64,000 nucleotides of DNA from Psilocybe cubensis (lineage: Eukaryota): the NCBI GenBank assembly GCA_017499595.2, contig CM038998.1:2728001-2792000 (forward strand). The letters are read 5' to 3'. The position numbers and the translations under genes are program-made. Positions 35,492 through 49,509 of the stretch are shown one piece after another. Under the pieces are notes generated by a model, which was not told where the DNA came from, searched no databases, and saw nothing but the letters and a program-made list of their open reading frames with translations. Positions within the stretch are counted from its first letter, which is position 1; the number at the start of each line of letters is the position of its first letter.

Positions 35492-36310
35492 TTATGCTGT
35501 TTCATTCCACCGTACTTCCTCGTTGGCATCTGGGGATTTCACAGTCTGTTTTTCGTGTTTCTGGCGAAGTGCGTCCCATGAAGAGGCAGTTGCGGAGCGG
35601 CTATTGGCGTTTCGAATTTGATCCCATCTGCTTATTGGTTTGGGTATAGGAGCCTGAGGTGAAGATGGAGAGTCTGGAGCTGTTGGCAGCATGAGGCCAG
35701 ATTCTGGGAACGATAGATGAGAGGGGTTGTAGGGACGAAAATAATGAGCTTATATACCGTGCTGGGGCACCTGGGCTCCATAGACGTTGTCAGTGGGTGA
35801 AGGTTCGTAGATCCGTTGGATGATAGGGCCGTCCGGGACGTAAGAGTCTAGTTTGCCCTTGATGTTTTCCATCGCACGATCAAAACCACCTGGGTTTTCC
35901 AGGGAGCGCACAAAATTGTAGTGTGCATTTAAGCAGAGAAATTTGCCGACAGTGTAGCCAAAGAACCCAGCTGAGAAAGCGGAGAGGCCCTGTCTCCTGC
36001 GCGTCCACTTAGTACTGATAGGACGCAGCAAAGTCAATGATGCGATTCCCAGGGAACAGAGTATCTATCGAACCAAGTAAGTGGGCAGGAGATGAGATAA
36101 GGAAACAAGACAGACGGGGTAGTAGCGGCGGTTGTTGGGGAAGAAGTCGAGGGACGCATCGTAGTCGCGGGTTGTGATGTTGCCCGCTTCTTTTTCGGGG
36201 AGAAGGAGATCTTCTATCTGGTACCTAGAGCGAAAGACACGGTCCATCCAGGCGACATTGTATTTGAATACTGCGCGGGGCTGCTTGGGTTGTGTGTCGG
36301 TGTCGTCCAT
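35492..36310 (-). CDS. Hypothetical small membrane protein
   Basis: Three exons (MDDTDTQPK...RYYP | ...SAGFFGYTVGKF... | ...SRWDQIRNANSRSATASSWDALRQ...) with two hydrophobic segments. Confidence 0.7.
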
Positions 36311-36439
36311 GGAGGAGGAGGAGAGAGGAGTAGGATAGTCACGTGGTGAGAATGATGACCGTGGACTGTCCAAGGCGCCTTGGACAAATTTCAGAGCTTG
36401 TTAGCTGTCCAGCACGTCCTGTTAGGCGTCCTCCCAGTC

Positions 36440-39400
36440 ATGAACGACCTTCAGCCAGACCCCGCCTTCAACTCCAGGGCGCCTTCTCCCCTCGACGCCA
36501 AACTTCCCCCGCCACCACCCGCCGACATCGACGAGCCCCTAGCACCCCCTCCGCCTGCAAAACAAGATACCTTGCCTTCCCTTCCGCCCATACAGGCTCC
36601 CCAGGCTCTCACTTTACCCCCACTCGGCTCCCTGGGTGCAGGTCAGCCCTTTTTTGTTTTTCACATCCTGTTATCGTCTCAATCATCTCATCTAGGCCTC
36701 AACGCGCCTCTGACTCCAACGACGCCTACCAGTCCGTCCGCCACAGACGGCAAGTCCAAGCGCGCGAACCCCCTCACAGATCTTGTCGATACAGAGAAGG
36801 CGTTTGTTGACCAGCTGACGGGCATCATTCGGGCAAGTAACCATGGCTCATCGCCGCAGCGAAGTCCTGATTGTCTGGTTTCTAGAAAGTCGCTGCTGCG
36901 TGGTCGCGCTCCAATTTGCCTCCACCCGAGCTGGATACTATGTTTAGGAGTATAGAAGGCATTTACAAGGCAAATCGTGGTCTACACGCTGTATGTTTCC
37001 GTTAACTGCAACCCTGGATTGCTGTTTACGTATATACACTCCCAGAAACTGAAGGATATTAGTGCAGATCCAAAGTCTGCCGGGGAGTTGGGTGGATTAC
37101 TGATCAAATGGGTGCGCAATCCACCATGTGAATTATTCGTTTTTTGTCTTACACGTTCACGTCAAGATTGATGACCTGAAGAAGCCCTACGAAACATACT
37201 GTAGCAAGTACTGCAGCGGTTTTGACACATGGCAACCCGTCCAATCAAACTCGCGCCTGGGTCCCATTCTTGCGCAATTTTCTTCCGCTAATCCAGCTCC
37301 TTCAAATGGCGGTATATGGACTCTTGATTCTCTTTTTCTCCTTCCAAAGGCCAGACTAAAGTACTACCTCAAGTTATACAACCGATTACTTAAAAACACC
37401 GATAACCGTCTCCTCATCGGTGCTGTTGAGACTCTGAATCATTTGATGGACATTTTGGACAGCCGGACTTCAGTCAAGGTCGGAGAACAAGGATCGGATG
37501 CACCTGCCATACCAGCACTGGAAACTGAAGATGAAATAGTCATCGACATGCGCAATCATACTTTGAGTCCCTCGGCTCCTGCAAAGCCTCCTTTGCGTCT
37601 TGCGGATAACGACACAAATACTGGCAGTGAAACAAGCTCGAACCGTGGTAGTGCATCTGGGGGGTGAGCTCAGGAAACATTTTGTACGACTTGATCGTTG
37701 ACGGTATTTGTTAGTGAACGTTCTTCGCGGGAATCGCAAGCGACCTCAACAAGCCGTGCCTCTACCCAAACACTCTCATTGCCCATTACAGATCTCGAGC
37801 GTAGACTTTCCACCGAACGTACTCTGGATATATTCACTATGACATCCAAGGTATGGTAGTTTGTTCAACTCATTCGTAATATCAATGCTGCAGCTTCGTG
37901 TATAGGCGGTAAAACTACAAATGGCTCCAGCCTCTCTCACTTTCACACGTGAATTTCGAACATCGTTGGACGTCGTTATTCGTTTTACTCCGCGAGCGAC
38001 AGGCGTGGAAGTCGTTCATTACCAGGGGCACATATTCCTTCTTTCTGACCTCTTCCTCATATGCGAAAGGATGTTGCCGGAAGATCGAGACAAGCGGAGC
38101 TCTGTTGGCGCTGACATGTGGCTTTGCTATCCTCCTCTTGCTGGAAAGGTGTTGAGGGTATCTGAAGTTCCTGGACAAGGTGAGTGTACAGCAATATCGC
38201 CTTTTATTCTTCACTGCATGGATGATATTTTACCTTTGCCTAGACAATGCCTTGCAGGTCGCAATTATGAGAAAAGAATACCTCATTCTTGAGACCGATT
38301 CCATGGACAGCAGAAACCGGTTAATGACTCAATTCAAAGAGTGCACTGAATTCTCGAGTTCCCGTGCGTCCATTTTCTTTGACAACTGCCTTTAAATTTA
38401 ATTTTTTTATCAACAGTACCTCCACCTTCAAAACAACCCCCGCCACCTGTCCCATCTCTTAGTGCCTTTACGGGCAATCACCCTGCGTCTGCGCCTTCCA
38501 TCGATCCTCAGACTCAAGGAAATGCCGGTCCATCAGAGTTACCTCCTCAGCCTCCCGCATATCCCTCTTCTGACGGAAAACCACTTCCTTCCCCTTCAGA
38601 ACCCAGAAGCCGACCTGAAACCAATTTGCCTCCAGCGCCAGGTCCACCTTACCTTAGGAGCTCAGCCTCTGCTCAACCCTTTCCTAGAGGTCCACCGCTC
38701 GGCTCCAACACTATCATCCCACCGGCTAGGAGTACTAGCTACCTTCCAGGTACACATGGAGAGTCTTCGAATGGTCCAAATTTTCCCCCAGCGAATGGAA
38801 TGTATGGACAAGGACCAGGAGCTTACATTGGAAACCCTCAAGGTGGCCCTGCTCCATCAACACAACAGTCTATGTATCCTCTCCATCCAGTCAACGGGCG
38901 CCCCAACTTCCCACCTGGTGCGCTTCCCCCACCTAGGCCTCCATCTGAACCGAACATAGGTCCTGGTCCTATTCATAAAGCTCCCTCAATACGCTCTCTT
39001 GGATCGCAGTACTCTCAAGGCGAATCATTTGCTCCTCCATTACCCCGGTACCCTCCCGGCCAATCTGGTCCCATGAACCAAGGGCCGCGAACCACATCTT
39101 ATGCCGGTGGAATGCTCGCCCCTCAGGCTCGGCCTTTACTACCATCTGCACAACTTGGCCAGCGTTCTGTTTCGATGGCAGCCGAAATACCATTTACCGA
39201 ACCCAGCCCGCCCAATTCACCGCTGCAAGAGCCACAACATATCGGTCCAGTTGTATCAACAATCTCAGCGCAAATGAAGTGCAAAGTATTTTTACAGCAA
39301 CATCATGCGCAATGGAAGTCACTAGGTTCAGCGAAGCTCAAACTATATCGGCAGGACCCAACAAACGTCAAACAACTTGTTGTTGAAGCTGATAACAAAG

Positions 39401-39597
39401 AGAAATCGGTATTGATCTCCACTATTGTTCTCACTGATGGAGTGGAGCGAGTGGGTAAAACGGGGGTTGCTATTGAGTTGAGTGATAAGGGTGCTCGAAC
39501 AGGTATCATTTACATGATCCAGCTACGGAACGAGGCCTCAGCAGGTGGGCTATTCGATAGCCTTTTGGCTGGTTCTGACAGAGCAGCGCGTGGTTGA
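36440..39597 (+). CDS. Dbl-homology (RhoGEF-like) domain protein with PH-like regions and a Pro-rich linker
   Basis: LTDLVDTEKAFVDQL, PYETYC, LDSLFLLPKARLKYYLKLYNRLLK (DH-like); IFLLSDLFLIC (PH-like); conserved-looking C-terminal domain. Confidence 0.8.
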
Positions 39598-39794
39598 TGT
39601 TTTTATACTTTAAATAGCAAATTCATTCGGGACGGACGTTTTGGTAGTTGTGCTGTCGATAATTCACGGGACGAACTTTTTATACTATACCTAACATTCT
39701 AATTTGCACACAAGCCGTGCCTTGCACACTCTTTTTAAATTTATTCCATCTATAGGAGCGACTGATGTCTACACCTCCAAGAACAATGGTATCA

Positions 39795-41509
39795 TTACCA
39801 GTTCAATTCGGCCACAAGGCAAGTGTGATCGCTGCCTGAGACGCGTTTTAAGGGAAGTCCGGGTGTCATGTCACTCTCCGAAAGTGGCGATAACAACCCA
39901 GAGACAGCAATCGGCCTCTGTTGAGCTTCGAAAAAAAATATATAATCTATAATGATCATTTAACGAAAAACAAATTAATCGATTTTGATCAATCGTACCT
40001 AGGGTGAGATGCCAATAATGAGTGTAGCTTGTGTATTCCGGTTCGTCGTAGCCGTTTCGTCCCAGCGGTAACTCAGTTCGGGTTCCAAAAGTCGGCAAAA
40101 TATCGCCATTTCCTCTTATAGTACGCAGTCCGACGTTGTACGCGCTGACAGGTTTTGGCAAAGTGGCAAACCATCTCTCGATTTCGGAGATGGTGAGAAT
40201 ACCATCTTCTGGTCGGGGAGGCCTAGCATTGACAATTACTCTATCTGGATCCACGTCCTCCGATTCGTCCTCAATTGTAATTGAGGTGGCATTTATGAGA
40301 ATGCTGGGATCTATAGATGAATGGACAACGCGAGAAGGCTTGATTGTGTCCTTCTGGGGTGACAATAGTGTGTCCCCAGTTACTAGAGAGTAGGCAGGAT
40401 CATTTGGCGTGAAGTTAAAATCTACAGATTCGTTTCAGCAAACTAGTTCATTGAGTACATGAGATTCCAGGTCACCTCCTGCTATGATTGATGGCCAACT
40501 GTCGAAGGAGAGTTTGCTTCGAAACGTAGCCACCTCTCTTAGTAGTATTCCCACTTGTCTGATAATTCGATTAGGCCATTCCTGATTGTAAAATAAGTAA
40601 ATACCTGATTTTCTCATAGGTATATCTGTATTCACGATTAAATATACGAACGCACTAGAGATAGTGTGTGTAATTGATTGCAGACCTTGGATGCCAAAAG
40701 AGGTGGGTTGTCGCCACGATCATTCCATCCTGTGGATCACGCGTACTGCGAAGGGCAACCATAAATCCTATGTTTCGTGTTTTGAATGACGCTCCAGTAA
40801 CGTTATATTGAGCATCTGCTCCTGGAATTTCGTCGTCGTAGAAGACAGTTTTCTTGGACACCAGAGAGTACGAGTGTTTTTTGTAGGCAATCAAACATCC
40901 ATGAAGTTTACGGGGACCTGAGGCATAACAATGCTCATAGCCAGCCTTTTCCAGCATAGGAAGTAGTTTGTCTAAACGATCAACTTCCTAAGGAACGAAG
41001 AAAAACCTTCAGAAATTGTAATGTCCTGATGGGCAGAAGATCATTATTATTTACTTGAAAACAGAGGACGTCTGCATTTTGCCGCAAAATTTCTTCGTGT
41101 ATTAAAGGCTCTCTTTGCCCTACTTTTAGACAGTCACTGTTAGGAAAGAGCTCCCTTCCTAGCAGGAATTATCAGTTTGCACATCGAAAGATTTGCTAAA
41201 GAGCCGTACGGATCAAACATTGAGCCAGAAGCTTGGGTTACAATTCAGCTCGCACCCAATGTCAGAACACAGACAAGGTCAGCAATAAAGACATACATTC
41301 CATGTCATTACTTTAGCTTTATGAGCCGGCGGATTCGGTCGCTCTATACGCGGATTATGGATCGGCAACCATGCTCGAGCAAGCAGCGAAGTTGGTCTAT
41401 CAGCTGTAGGGTTTCCCTGTTGGGCCAATCTTTCTTTCTTCTCTTTCCGAGCCTTGGCTAAAGCAAGTTGTTCGGGAGTCAATTGGTGTATTTTAGCATG
41501 AGTAGCCAT
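39795..41509 (-). CDS. Endonuclease/exonuclease/phosphatase family RNase (Ngl/CCR4/Angel-like)
   Basis: VMTWN|LLAQ, LCFQ|EVD, VATTHLFWHP, AG|DFN, LDYIF and GSDH motifs. Confidence 0.9.
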
Positions 41510-41748
41510 TTTTCGCAAGGTTTTAGATGATATGACAAAACGAGTCGCGAAGGAGAAAATCGTATTTTTAGTAGGGCCAGAAGTGACTCTCCTGTCAAGT
41601 CAGGTGCCGGGTTAAAATCCGTGTATGGGGAATCATGTGATGAACAATTTCGATGACTATGGCAGCAAGTAAATTGCTGCCCTCCTCTGAGAACCACATT
41701 CTCCACATTCTTTACAATCCCTTGTTCCGTGGCCTTTTCGACTGATAT

Positions 41749-44700
41749 ATGCAACGCCTCTCTGCGGCATTTAAGTTTTTGTCTTCCCGAGGATCATTTC
41801 ACTCATTTCGACCTAAATTTCCACACGAATTAAGTCAACCTAATTACCGGCGAGATTTCCTCTTTCGGGCGGCACACTCAGCATCCCAAGCTCTGCAACC
41901 CACGACTTCTACCCTTCTAACTACAATGTCACAACCCTCGGAAAGTTTTGGAAATTACGACTTGATCAAACGCGTCAAATTAGACTTCACGGATGTCGTC
42001 GTGTCTAAGTGGAAGAGCAGGGAGACCGGCCTGACGGTTATTCATCTTGATTATGAAGGTGAGTTCATGTCCATCTCCACTTGGTGCATGAAGGATTTAT
42101 CTAATATTTTGTTTAGCTCCCATTGTAAACGGTTACTTTGTGATACCAACAGAAAGTCAGCCTAATCCGGATATTTTACCTTGAGAATCACTCATATATT
42201 GTTGCAGTTTTCGATGACTCCGGATGCCCACACACGCTAGAACAGTATGTAATCTATCAGTAATCTGGATCAGGTTTTCTTTGTTAAATTCTTACTTTGT
42301 TTAAATTAGTTTAGTATTTATGGGGTCTGAAAAATATCCATACAAAGGTATTCTAGATCTTCTCGCTAATCGTGGATTTTCGAACGGGACAAATGCTTGG
42401 ACGGCCACCGATCACACTGCATACACGGTGTCTACTGCAGGAGAACAAGGTTTCCTTCAACTTCTTCCTATATATGTCGACCACATATTATATCCGACCA
42501 TCACCAATGCTGGGTGCGTCGTCAGATAATATTTAGAGATTAATTTTGACGTTGTGATAAAGTTTTGTGACAGAGGTGATCATTGACGATCCTACATATC
42601 TTCCATCCTCTGATATCTTTTCATAAAAAGGTCCATCACATCGACCCCAAAGGAGAGGACTCAGGGGTTGTTTATAGCGAAATGCAAGGGAGAGAAAACA
42701 CTTCTGGTGACCTTATGGCTCTTCGGTTTGCTCGGTTATATATGTTCCTCGTGTTTTCATTGTTAACCTCTGAAATATCGTAGAGCTCAAAGGTTACTTG
42801 ATCCCCCTGGTAGCGGATATCGAAGTGAGACCGGAGGGCTAATGGAAGCATTGCGCGTACTCCAGCCCCAGCAAAGTGAGCTTGACATTCCCAACAGACC
42901 AATTCCATTAATTAATCTACTCCTGTAGTTCGTAATTATCATGCAAGATATTATGTACCTCATAATCTTGCATTGATTGTAGCTGGAAAACTCTCAAGCG
43001 GAACAACTTCTTTGTTGCGTGTCGTTCAGGAACAAATCGAACCCAGTCTCATCCGTCACAAACAAAATCACGGCACGAGGCCCGCTGGATGGAAGCGTCC
43101 TTTCGTGGAAACTCCAAGCGCGGATCGCAAGCCTATTTCGGTCACTACGAAAGATGTTGTAGAATTCCCAGAGCAAGACGAGAGTACGCAGCCAAATAAT
43201 TTTTCTTGTTACATCTTGAACTTGATGTCTTTGATAATAGGCATGGGTGAACTTGTCATCAATTTTATGGGTCCACCTCCAAATGCATTTCTCGAACGGA
43301 AGGCGCTCGAAATCCTCGGCACATATCTTACTTCCTCTGCAGTTGCTCCTCTGAATAAAGAGTTCATTGAAATCGAATCGCCGCTTTGGTATGTTATTTT
43401 GCGTCTCCAGTGACAGCGATATTGTTAACTTTTTTCCCGAAGTTCGTTCATTTATTTTAGCGAGGATGTTCGCGCCACATCAGTAAATCTCCCTATATAC
43501 ATTGGCTCAGTTCCAACAGAACATCTTTCTACCTTTGACGAGAAGCTAAAAGCAAGCTTACAAAAAGTCATTAATGATGGTCTCGATATGCAGAGGATGG
43601 AGATGGTCCTTAACAGGGATGAGCGCCAGGTTAGTCAAACAAGAAGAAAATACAACGCGACTTACTCTCCGTGGTCTTAGCTGCGCAGCAAACTCGAGTC
43701 AGCAAAAGGGGACACTTTTTCAAATACCATAATCTCAGATTTCTTGTATGGCACTGAGAATGGCTCTGAGCTTCAAAAGTCAATGGATGAAATTAACCAC
43801 TATATTCAAATGCGCACTTGGAACAGTGACCAATGGACAAGCCTTCTCTCTAAGTGAGTTTGTCGCTTTTTATTTATTTTCTCGTTTAACAACAGACAAG
43901 ATATTATGTGGAACCAGCCTCGGTTGTCGTGATTGGGAAACCTTCGGCTAGTCTTGCTGAGAAATTGGAAAAGGAGGAAAAGGAAAGAATCGCAAAGCAG
44001 GTGCAACAACTTGGTCCTGAAGGTCTTAAGCGCGCCGAAGCAGAGCTTGAAGCAGCTAAAGCGGAACATAGCCAAGAAATTCCTTCTGAAATCATTACTT
44101 CCTTCCCAGTACCGGATGTGAAAAGCATCTCCTGGATTCCCGTCCAAAGTGTACAAGAACCTGGAAAAGGAAGAAAAGTCGCCTTTCCTTCCACAGACGT
44201 CTCTTTGTCCAAGCACATTGAATCTGATGGCGAACCTTTACCCTTTTTCGTCGAGTATGATCATGTGGAGGTATGTCTGTTTTTCTAGTGGATGAGAATC
44301 CCAATTGATGGTTTTCTAGTCGGATTTTGTTACTATTCACGCTCTTTTTACATTATCCGGATTGCCTAATAGACTTCGACCGTATGAGCTTTCAATTTGC
44401 CTTCCGTTCATCAAACTAACATCTTCTAACAATTTTTTTGACGTTAAGATACATGTATGCGTACCTCTCAGCGTTTTTCTCCTTGCCCGTGAAGAGACAG
44501 TCTGGAATCAAATTGTCTCATGAAGAGGTTATCAACCAGTTGGACAACGAAACCGTATCCTATGAGATCGAGCTAGGGATCTCCAATAGCTTTTCTGATA
44601 TGGTTCGAGTTAGCATCAAGGTTGAAACTGCTTTATACGAAAAGGCGGTTGAATGGCTGAGGGACCTACTTTACGGCTCCGAGTTCGACAAAGATCGGTA

Positions 44701-46205
44701 AGTCACAGTTAATCGCAATTTTTGCATTGATTGACCTTTAATTAATTATAGACTCCAGGTTGTTCTTGCCAAAATTCAACAAACTCTTCCGGAGCTGAAG
44801 AGAGATGGAAATAACGTTCTTTCTTCATTATGGTCCACTTTATTATATGCGGAGAATTCGACTTCTAGCCATACAGGAGTCCTTCCGCAAGCTGAGCTTA
44901 TCCCCAAGCTCGTTAAAGCACTTCAAGAGACGCCCAATGATGTTATTGCTGATTTCGAGGAAATTAGAAAGCACAGTATGTTCTTCGTTATGCTTTTTTA
45001 CTGTACTGTTGCTTATCTATAGTCAGTTGTCGATCCGGCTGGAGTAAGATTTTCGGTGACCGGCAATGTTTTGAATCTAAATGCGCCCAGAAGTACTTGG
45101 GGAAAATACTTCTCGATACCGGTGAGTGTCTTAGCGGGGAAGCAGGGCAGCTTTCTCAACGATAGCACAGTCAGTACCGTTGGCGCCTGTCCCCATGGCG
45201 TCAGAAACCCTCAGTGAGACGGGGAAAACTTTGTCCAAGAAGGTTGGCGTTGAAATTATATTTTACGTTGTTCATATTTTTGAACTCTTCGATTCTAGGC
45301 AATTGTAATGAGTCTCCCGACAATCGAAAGCTCTTTTGTAATGCACACCGCAAAAGGAATTCAAGGCTTTAACAATCCTGAATACCCTGCTATTCGGGTT
45401 GCCCTAGAAGTACTCAACGCTACAGAAAGTTACCTTTGGGTCAGTAATTGTTAGTTATATACATTCTCGGTGGCTCAATAACACTTATAGCGGTATATCC
45501 GTGGTTCTGGATTGGCTTATGGAGCATATACTTCATTGGACGTGGAAGCCGGATTTGTCACATTCACTCTGTATCGAGTAAGTTGACACCGTCTATTCCT
45601 CATTGCAAATCTGAACTATCATTTAGAGCTCAAACAGCATAAAAGCATTTGAAGAAGCAGGTAAAGTCATTCGGGGGCTCGTGGATGGTTCTGTATGTCA
45701 CTCCGTATACTTTGTGTGAGCAAAGATCTAACTGGTAGTAACAGATTGAATTCGATGAGACCATTCTTGATGCCGCAAAGAGTACCATAGTCTATGGTGT
45801 TGCAAAGAACGTTTCGACTCCTGGTAGAGCTGTAAGTTGAAGTACGGTATTGACACCTATCAGGAAGCCTTCTGACATTTTGAATAGGCTATTGTCTCAT
45901 TTACCAATCAAGCTTTGAAAGGTGTTCCAAGAACATATCAAATTGACTTGCTCGAAAAATACCAGGATATCACGAAAGCAGATATTCTGGAAGCCTTGAA
46001 AAGGCATTTTTTGCCATTGTTCGATTCCGCGTCCTCGGTCGCCGTGGTGGTCACTTCACCCGTGAAAGCTGATGAAATCGCAACACAGCTGACTACCAAA
46101 GGATTTGATGTCACACAGAAATCTATAGAAATAGACCCTAGTGAAATGGAAGAAGATGACAGCGGGAGCGACAGCGACAGCGACTCTGGAAGTAGCGGGA
46201 GATGA
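41749..46205 (+). CDS. M16-family zinc metallopeptidase (inverzincin)
   Basis: DDSGCPHTLEHLVFMGSEKYPYKG (HxxEH), NAWTATDHTAY, GVVYSEMQGRE, IRGSGLAYGA; many introns. Confidence 0.92.
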
Positions 46206-46247
46206 TTCTAGATAGCTAATATTGTCAAATTAAACTAGCGGAACTAC

Positions 46248-47576
46248 TCATGTTTTGGTGCTGTCCTGATCTAACTCAACAACACGTATTTTATTACTTT
46301 CGGCTGCTTGTCCTGGCTTTAGTTCAACATCACGGAGAAAATCATTGTCCACGATGAATCGAATGGCTTGAGACAGATTGGAGACGGTGACTCTTATTTC
46401 AGGGAGGAGTAACTGCGGAAAGTAAATCCGGTGTATAAGACTAGAACACAAAAGAATACACTTACATTGCGTAGGAGAGTGGGACGTGAGCCAAATGGAT
46501 TCTTAGGCGGTAACTTGGGCTCCAGCAAGGGTTTCTTCCCATTCATACCTTTTGTAGAACCTACGGGTAACGCAGATCGCGTACTTTCCTTGACAGTCGC
46601 TTCAGCATCTTGATCCACTGAAGGTGCCGTCTGGGGAACAACTTTAGAAGAGAGTGATTCAGGTGCTCCATCATCATCATCGTCGTCGTCAGACACAGAC
46701 CCAGAATCGGTTGCAACAGACTCTACAGGAATACTCTTTGCGGACTCAACCACACGATCATCGTTCTTGGCCTTTCTAGGCCATCCAGAATCTTGTTTTC
46801 TATTGTGTCTATCATCCTGTCTCCCCCGACTCTTGTGATGCTGGGTGGGCCGGCTATCGTGCCTCGTGTCATCGCGATTGAAATGGTGAGAGGAGGGTTC
46901 GGTTTTGGGGCGCTTATTAAAATGGCTACTGTCTATAATGTCAAGCTGGCCGCGCTCTGCAGCTTCTTGAAGCTTGCGCTTTTTATCTTCCACACGGTTC
47001 GCTGTTGGGAATCGTCGTTTGCGTTCTGCTATCCAGGCTGCCAGCACCTCGGGGGTGTCTAAAATGACATTGGTCCCTTGGATTGGAATGGGTTTTCTGC
47101 CAGTGAAAAAGTTATTTTTAGCCCGAGGTGGTGAAGACAAGTTGAATGTATGCGCACCCTTTCAGACTTGGGTCAGCATCCCACTCGGACTTTTTTTTTC
47201 GCTTTTCCCACCCAGGAGGGTATATGAGATGGCGGTCCATCATATGTATTTCTACTGTTTTGGCAGAGCCCGAAAAGGTGCACCCTGGATGGGTGCAGCG
47301 GTTGTTACCTGGCTCGTACCAGATTGGCCGAGGAGTAAAATGTCTGGCTGGCCCTGTGTGCGCTGATTGACTGGCATAGTTGGAGTTGGTCATTGAGGCT
47401 TGGGCTGGGTACAGCTGGGTGGAATACGGAGCAGCAGGAGACTGTGAGTAAGCCTGAACATAGTGGGAGTTGTAGTATGCTGGATACGAGGTGACAGGGT
47501 AATATGTGTTCCGGTTTGAAGAGGATGGCTGTGGGGGAAGAGGAAGAGAAGGATGTGGAGGCGGTAAAGAAGACAT
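46248..47576 (-). CDS. NUFIP1/Rsa1-like box C/D snoRNP assembly factor
   Basis: C2H2-like CTHPGC...HMMDRH; LDTPEVLAAWIAERKRRFPT; C-terminal LLRN|LLLPEI...LSQAIRFIVDNDFL. Confidence 0.82.
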
Positions 47577-48121
47577 GACGATCGCTTCTCACTTTCAAAT
47601 TGCAATCTCAGCCAAAATGTTTACAGAACCATCACATGATCTTTTCTATGAAGCGCGTCAGAGATAATTTGTTTTTCGCGAAGCAAATTGGCTGGGGTCA
47701 TTTCATGGCATTTTGAGAGACTACTCTATGATATACGCAGCAAGTACAGAAAGAAAGCAATATCATAAATGTGAGTCATTGAGCACGTAGTAAGGACAAC
47801 GGAGGGACGAGGAATACGGGTGAGCATGACCGAACTGAAAATGCGCATAATCGGAAGTAGTACAGCATGAACGTTCGATGTGTTTTGGAGAACGGAAGAT
47901 GTGGGATCAAGAAAACGGAGGACAAGAAAGGACGACGAAGGAGATAGAGGAAAGAGCGGACAAAAGATGTAAGAAAATTTGTGATAAAAGCGGAAAAAGA
48001 GAATGGCAGAGGTCGAGATTGTCGAGGTCTACCCGATCTCGCCAATGCATCCTGCCGCAAGTCATCCACAGACGTGACGGATGTTGAGGACGCTTGACTT
48101 ACTCAACCGCCTCGTACGGAA

Positions 48122-49248
48122 TCAATCCTGGATCTCGGCTTGTTGTTGAGCTTCCCTTCCAACCCTCCTCTCCTTCTCGCTCTCCAATTGGTTGTAGAGC
48201 AAGAACAAGGCCTTTTCGTTGGCCTCGGGAGTACCCACAATGGTGAACATCCTTTCGCCCGTCTCGTCATGGGGAGCCTTCGCAATGGAGATTTTGGAAC
48301 CGGACAAACGGCGAATTTCGGTGATTTTTGTTCCACTCCGTCCGATGATGCAGCCCACCATGTCAGACGGAATGGAGATATTTTGAGTGCGCAGGTTAGC
48401 GGCAGCGGGCGGATTCAGGGCGGGGGTGTGAGCGTTGGTAGGAGATCCCGGAGGGGACGCGCGGCCACGAGGATTGGCATCCCCATTTCCACGGCGAGAA
48501 CCCGCGTAAGACGAGGAATAGCTGTGTCCACGACGATTGCCGCTGCGGTCATCGGTTGGTCCTGGGTGGAAGAGAACTGTTCCAAGGCCACGCTCCCAGT
48601 CCTCCAACAGACATTTACCAATCTCCTCCACCGCCCGTCCGATGGCCTCGGGGGAACCCTGGACTTCGACGATACGCTCAGTAGACTGGGGAAGCATCTC
48701 CTTGGATGCAACCATACGGGCACCAGAGCCATCCTGAATGGCTTTTATTTTGAGACCGTTGCGACCGATGATGGTGCCCATCAAATTGTGCGAGATCAAG
48801 AGACGAATGGAGGTGTGGAGAGAAGGAGAAGAAGTCGTAACGGGAGAAGAAGGGGTCGAGGCGACGAGCTGGGCGATAATGAGATTGTACGCCTGTACAA
48901 AGAACGCATTAGAAGCAAAAAAGAGGGCACTGAAGAGAACGAACCTTGGAGACGGCCTCGACAGAGCCGGTGACTGTGAGAACACGCTCATGGACGCCGG
49001 GAATGACCTTGCTGACACCAGCCTTGACGCCGGTCTGGTCTCTGAGGTCGGCGACATTTTTTCCAGCCTTTCCGATGATGACGCCGGCGTCCTTTGTGCT
49101 GACGAGGGCGCGGAGGGTGAGAGTATCATGGGGCGAGGGCGAGGGCGATCGGGACTGGGCTGGGGAGGCTGGAGACGATAAGCAGGAGGGTGTAAACAGG
49201 GACGAAAAGGTGCTCACCGTTGTCGTGTCTGGAGGAGTCGGAGGGCAT
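48122..49248 (-). CDS. Three-KH-domain RNA-binding protein (hnRNP K/Rnc1/Hek2-like)
   Basis: GVIIGKAGK, GTIIGRNGL and GCIIGRSGT KH signatures; two coding introns. Confidence 0.93.
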
Positions 49249-49509
49249 GGTGGATGGGGGGAAGGAGGAAGGGAGGAGGAGAATTCGTAAAATCGCTGGT
49301 AAGAGAAAAGAATAATAAATCGAGTTATTCCGTCCGAAATCTCTTTTTCTGCCTCGGAATTGCCCGAATCGTCCACTCAATATAATTCATGAATATTTCT
49401 CATTTTATCACTCCGTAAAAGTGCATGTCTCAATACCAACACTATCGCTAGTACATAGAATCCATAATGCGATTCCTCGCCCCATATCTCGAATTACCAT
49501 GTATCTACT

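Noticed and set aside
10068-39597. Functional clustering of rac1 with the DH-domain gene
   Set aside because: 25 kb apart with many unrelated genes between; no evidence beyond coincidence.
48140-48973. 277 aa plus-strand ORF opposite the KH gene, and similar shadow ORFs (11542-12231, 22442-23023, 49653-50162)
   Set aside because: Antisense or off-frame shadows of GC-rich coding sequence with no independent motifs.
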